A stretch of DNA of 64,000 bases from Lytechinus pictus (Eukaryota), in contig NC_087251.1 of NCBI RefSeq assembly GCF_037042905.1, positions 47,244,001 through 47,308,000 on the forward strand, in the 5' to 3' direction. This document shows, one piece after another, positions 61,926-64,000 of this stretch (within the stretch, counting starts at the first letter, position 1; each line of letters begins with the position of its first letter). The translations under genes were made by a program, and so were the position numbers. Under the pieces are notes generated by a model. The model searched no databases, had not been told where the DNA came from, and was given only the letters and a program-made list of their open reading frames with translations.

Positions 61926-62776
61926 AAGAGTATCATCATCTCTGTTGTTTTATACAAATTCATTGTTGATAGTTCATTTCTGAAGATACTGTGCATTCTA
62001 TGATTTTGGTAAGTGAATGTCTTGTTAACATAGATTTTTATCTTAATTTATGCCCAGAAATTCCTTGAATTTAAAGGAAAATTGCAAGCTCAATGCATAA
62101 TCAAGTCAAAGTGAACTCAGAGTCGTAGTTAATGAAAAATACATATGATTTTATTATTTGTAATACATTCTTACAGTGCTGGCAATGATATGACTAGACA
62201 TTTTGAAGATTCTCATTTTCATTAAATATTGGGAATATGAAACAATTTCCATTGAATTATCAAGAAAATTATTTGCCCAATATATCCAAAATGAACTATA
62301 TTTCAGTACACCTCTAAGCCAATGAGAGGAAGTTGTCTTTAAAGCCTATTATTAAATGAATGATGCCTCGCAGAATCCATATATCAAATTTTATGGATGC
62401 TATTAATCTCTTGAAGACTTGATCAATATTTGATCAGGTAAATGATCAGATTAAAACCAATAACAATTGCTTGGTAAGCAAATGAAACTCTTTCAAGATG
62501 TTGATTTTATGAATGTAGGTGTATGGCAAAAGTATTTGATCAGAGTGGTTTCTGATCGGAAAATCATTATAAAATTTTTAATTTCATCTTTCAATGTCAT
62601 CTAACTTATGACCCACATTTAAAGTGGTAAATAAATTAGAAGATAAAATCTCTTATCTAAAAATGATCATTGTATATTTATTCAACAGCTTTTTTATGGG
62701 TTCATCGGAAAGAACTTCATAATACACCCATACTGATAAATCTCAATGGGGTAACCTGGGAAGCATTCCTTGAAAC

Positions 62777-63292
62777 AACTAGAAATTTGACGTGTCCAAA
62801 AGACAAAGATGCCCCCGCTTAACGCGATCAGAAATTCATTCAATATGATTGAACTTAATATTGTGCAGAAACCAATATGCATATATATATAATGAACAAT
62901 TTAAGACCTTTGAACCAACTCACATATATAATGAGCTGTGACCTTTGACCTGCGGACTCCGAATTCGAACTTACCCTGTATTTTGGATTTGTCTACCTAC
63001 ACACCCAAATTTTTCCCAAATTTTTAAAAAAATCTGTTGAATATTTCATAAGTTATCAAGTGGAAACCAACTCGCATATTTAATGAGCTGTGAGTCTGTG
63101 ACCTTTGACCTGCGGACTCCGAATTCAAACTTAGCCTGTATTTTGGTGTCATCTACCTGCACACCAAAATTTTTTAATTATCCATTCAATATTTTTCGAG
63201 TTATTGCGCAGAAACCAAGTGGGGGGACGGAAGGACGGATGGACAGGGGCAACGCTTAATGCCCCCTCCGGACTTTGTCTGCGGGGGCATAA
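62777..63292 (-). mobile_element. Second Helentron/HINE-like element
   Basis: AACTAG...TGTC....GACA-AAGATGCCCCC at one end; (GGAC/GGAT)n then ATGCCCCC...GGGGGCAT-AAAAA at the other; two ~160-bp internal repeats containing TGACCTTTGACCT. Confidence 0.7.
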
Positions 63293-63329
63293 AAAGTCAG
63301 TGATTTTCACTTAAATTCTTTCTTAGGTT

Positions 63330-63840
63330 GATTCCGACCTCTAACTATTAAATGGCCCAAAAATTCCAAATTTTTTGTTCACAGACTCTTTGTAGGATCC
63401 CGATCAAACGTACTTCAAAAAAATTTGGTATTGCAATTTTTTTCTTATGTATTTTATTGTTTTTTAAATTTCTTTTGTATTTCAATGTTTTTTTACTTTT
63501 TGATTTTTATTGTTTTTTCGATGGAAATTGTTGCAGACTTAATTCTGATCATAAAGAAGACAAAATTAGTTAAGTTTTATCATTAAAAATAGAAAAAATT
63601 ATCAATTTATGAATTTGGCTAAATACACAATTTGCATTGGATTTGTACATGAATTCAAGTTTTTGAGCAGTTTTTGGTCTGACATGCACTTACATAATGT
63701 TGCGTAATTTCGTGACCATGTACCCGGGCATCACAAATTTGGTCTCAAAAGTTGTGCAAGATTTGAAAATCAAAAGTCAGCGAGCGGCGCGGTTGAAAAA
63801 ATTTGCGCAACGGATTTATCATGGAAAAACCCTTTTAGGG
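63330..63840. mobile_element. Probable partial DNA-transposon (piggyBac-type MITE) remnant
   Basis: Ends ...TTTTAGGG|TTGA (CCC...GGG/TTAA-like); body resembles echinoderm repeats from recall; left end not identified. Confidence 0.3.
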
Positions 63841-64000
63841 TTGAGGCATTTCATAGTAGAAATATCCATACTCAGTTCCTTCCTTTAAAACACATTCAGC
63901 CATTGCCTTTGGTGTGTTAAGATTTTTTCCAAAGTCATGTGAGCAATTAGTGTTCAAGGGTAATTTCACCCTAAAGAAAATTTTTTTTTTTTAATCAGTC

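Overview
Eukaryotic, AT-rich, gene-poor and repeat-dense DNA with two scaffold gaps (26156-26315, 53356-53552). The repeat repertoire suggests a marine invertebrate such as a sea urchin; this is inference, not verified. Four convincing protein-coding ORFs are present, all intronless in the CDS. Two are divergent fatty-acid/retinoid-binding proteins (iLBP/FABP family; 8848-9267 minus, 55083-55559 plus). The other two are a tandem pair of 477-aa Golgi Gal/GlcNAc-6-O-sulfotransferase-like genes (CHST family; 31797-33230 and 38656-40089, minus). Much of the rest is non-autonomous transposons whose ends and target-site duplications can be read directly. These include TTAA-flanked Kolobok/T2-type MITEs, a 2.8-kb TTAA element filled with satellite, a 3.5-kb Academ-like foldback between the sulfotransferases, and composite hAT-in-hAT elements. 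Also present are Harbinger-, Sola-, Ginger- and EnSpm-like MITEs, two Helentron-type elements, LINE and SINE remnants, and a Penelope-like insert with a minimal hammerhead-like motif. Highlights: the WRFGSS PAPS-binding loop shared by both sulfotransferases, tandem amplification of one FABP's C-terminal coding segment, the hammerhead-like motif, and transposons incubating satellite arrays. Superfamily assignments rest on terminal and TSD signatures only; no database search was run.
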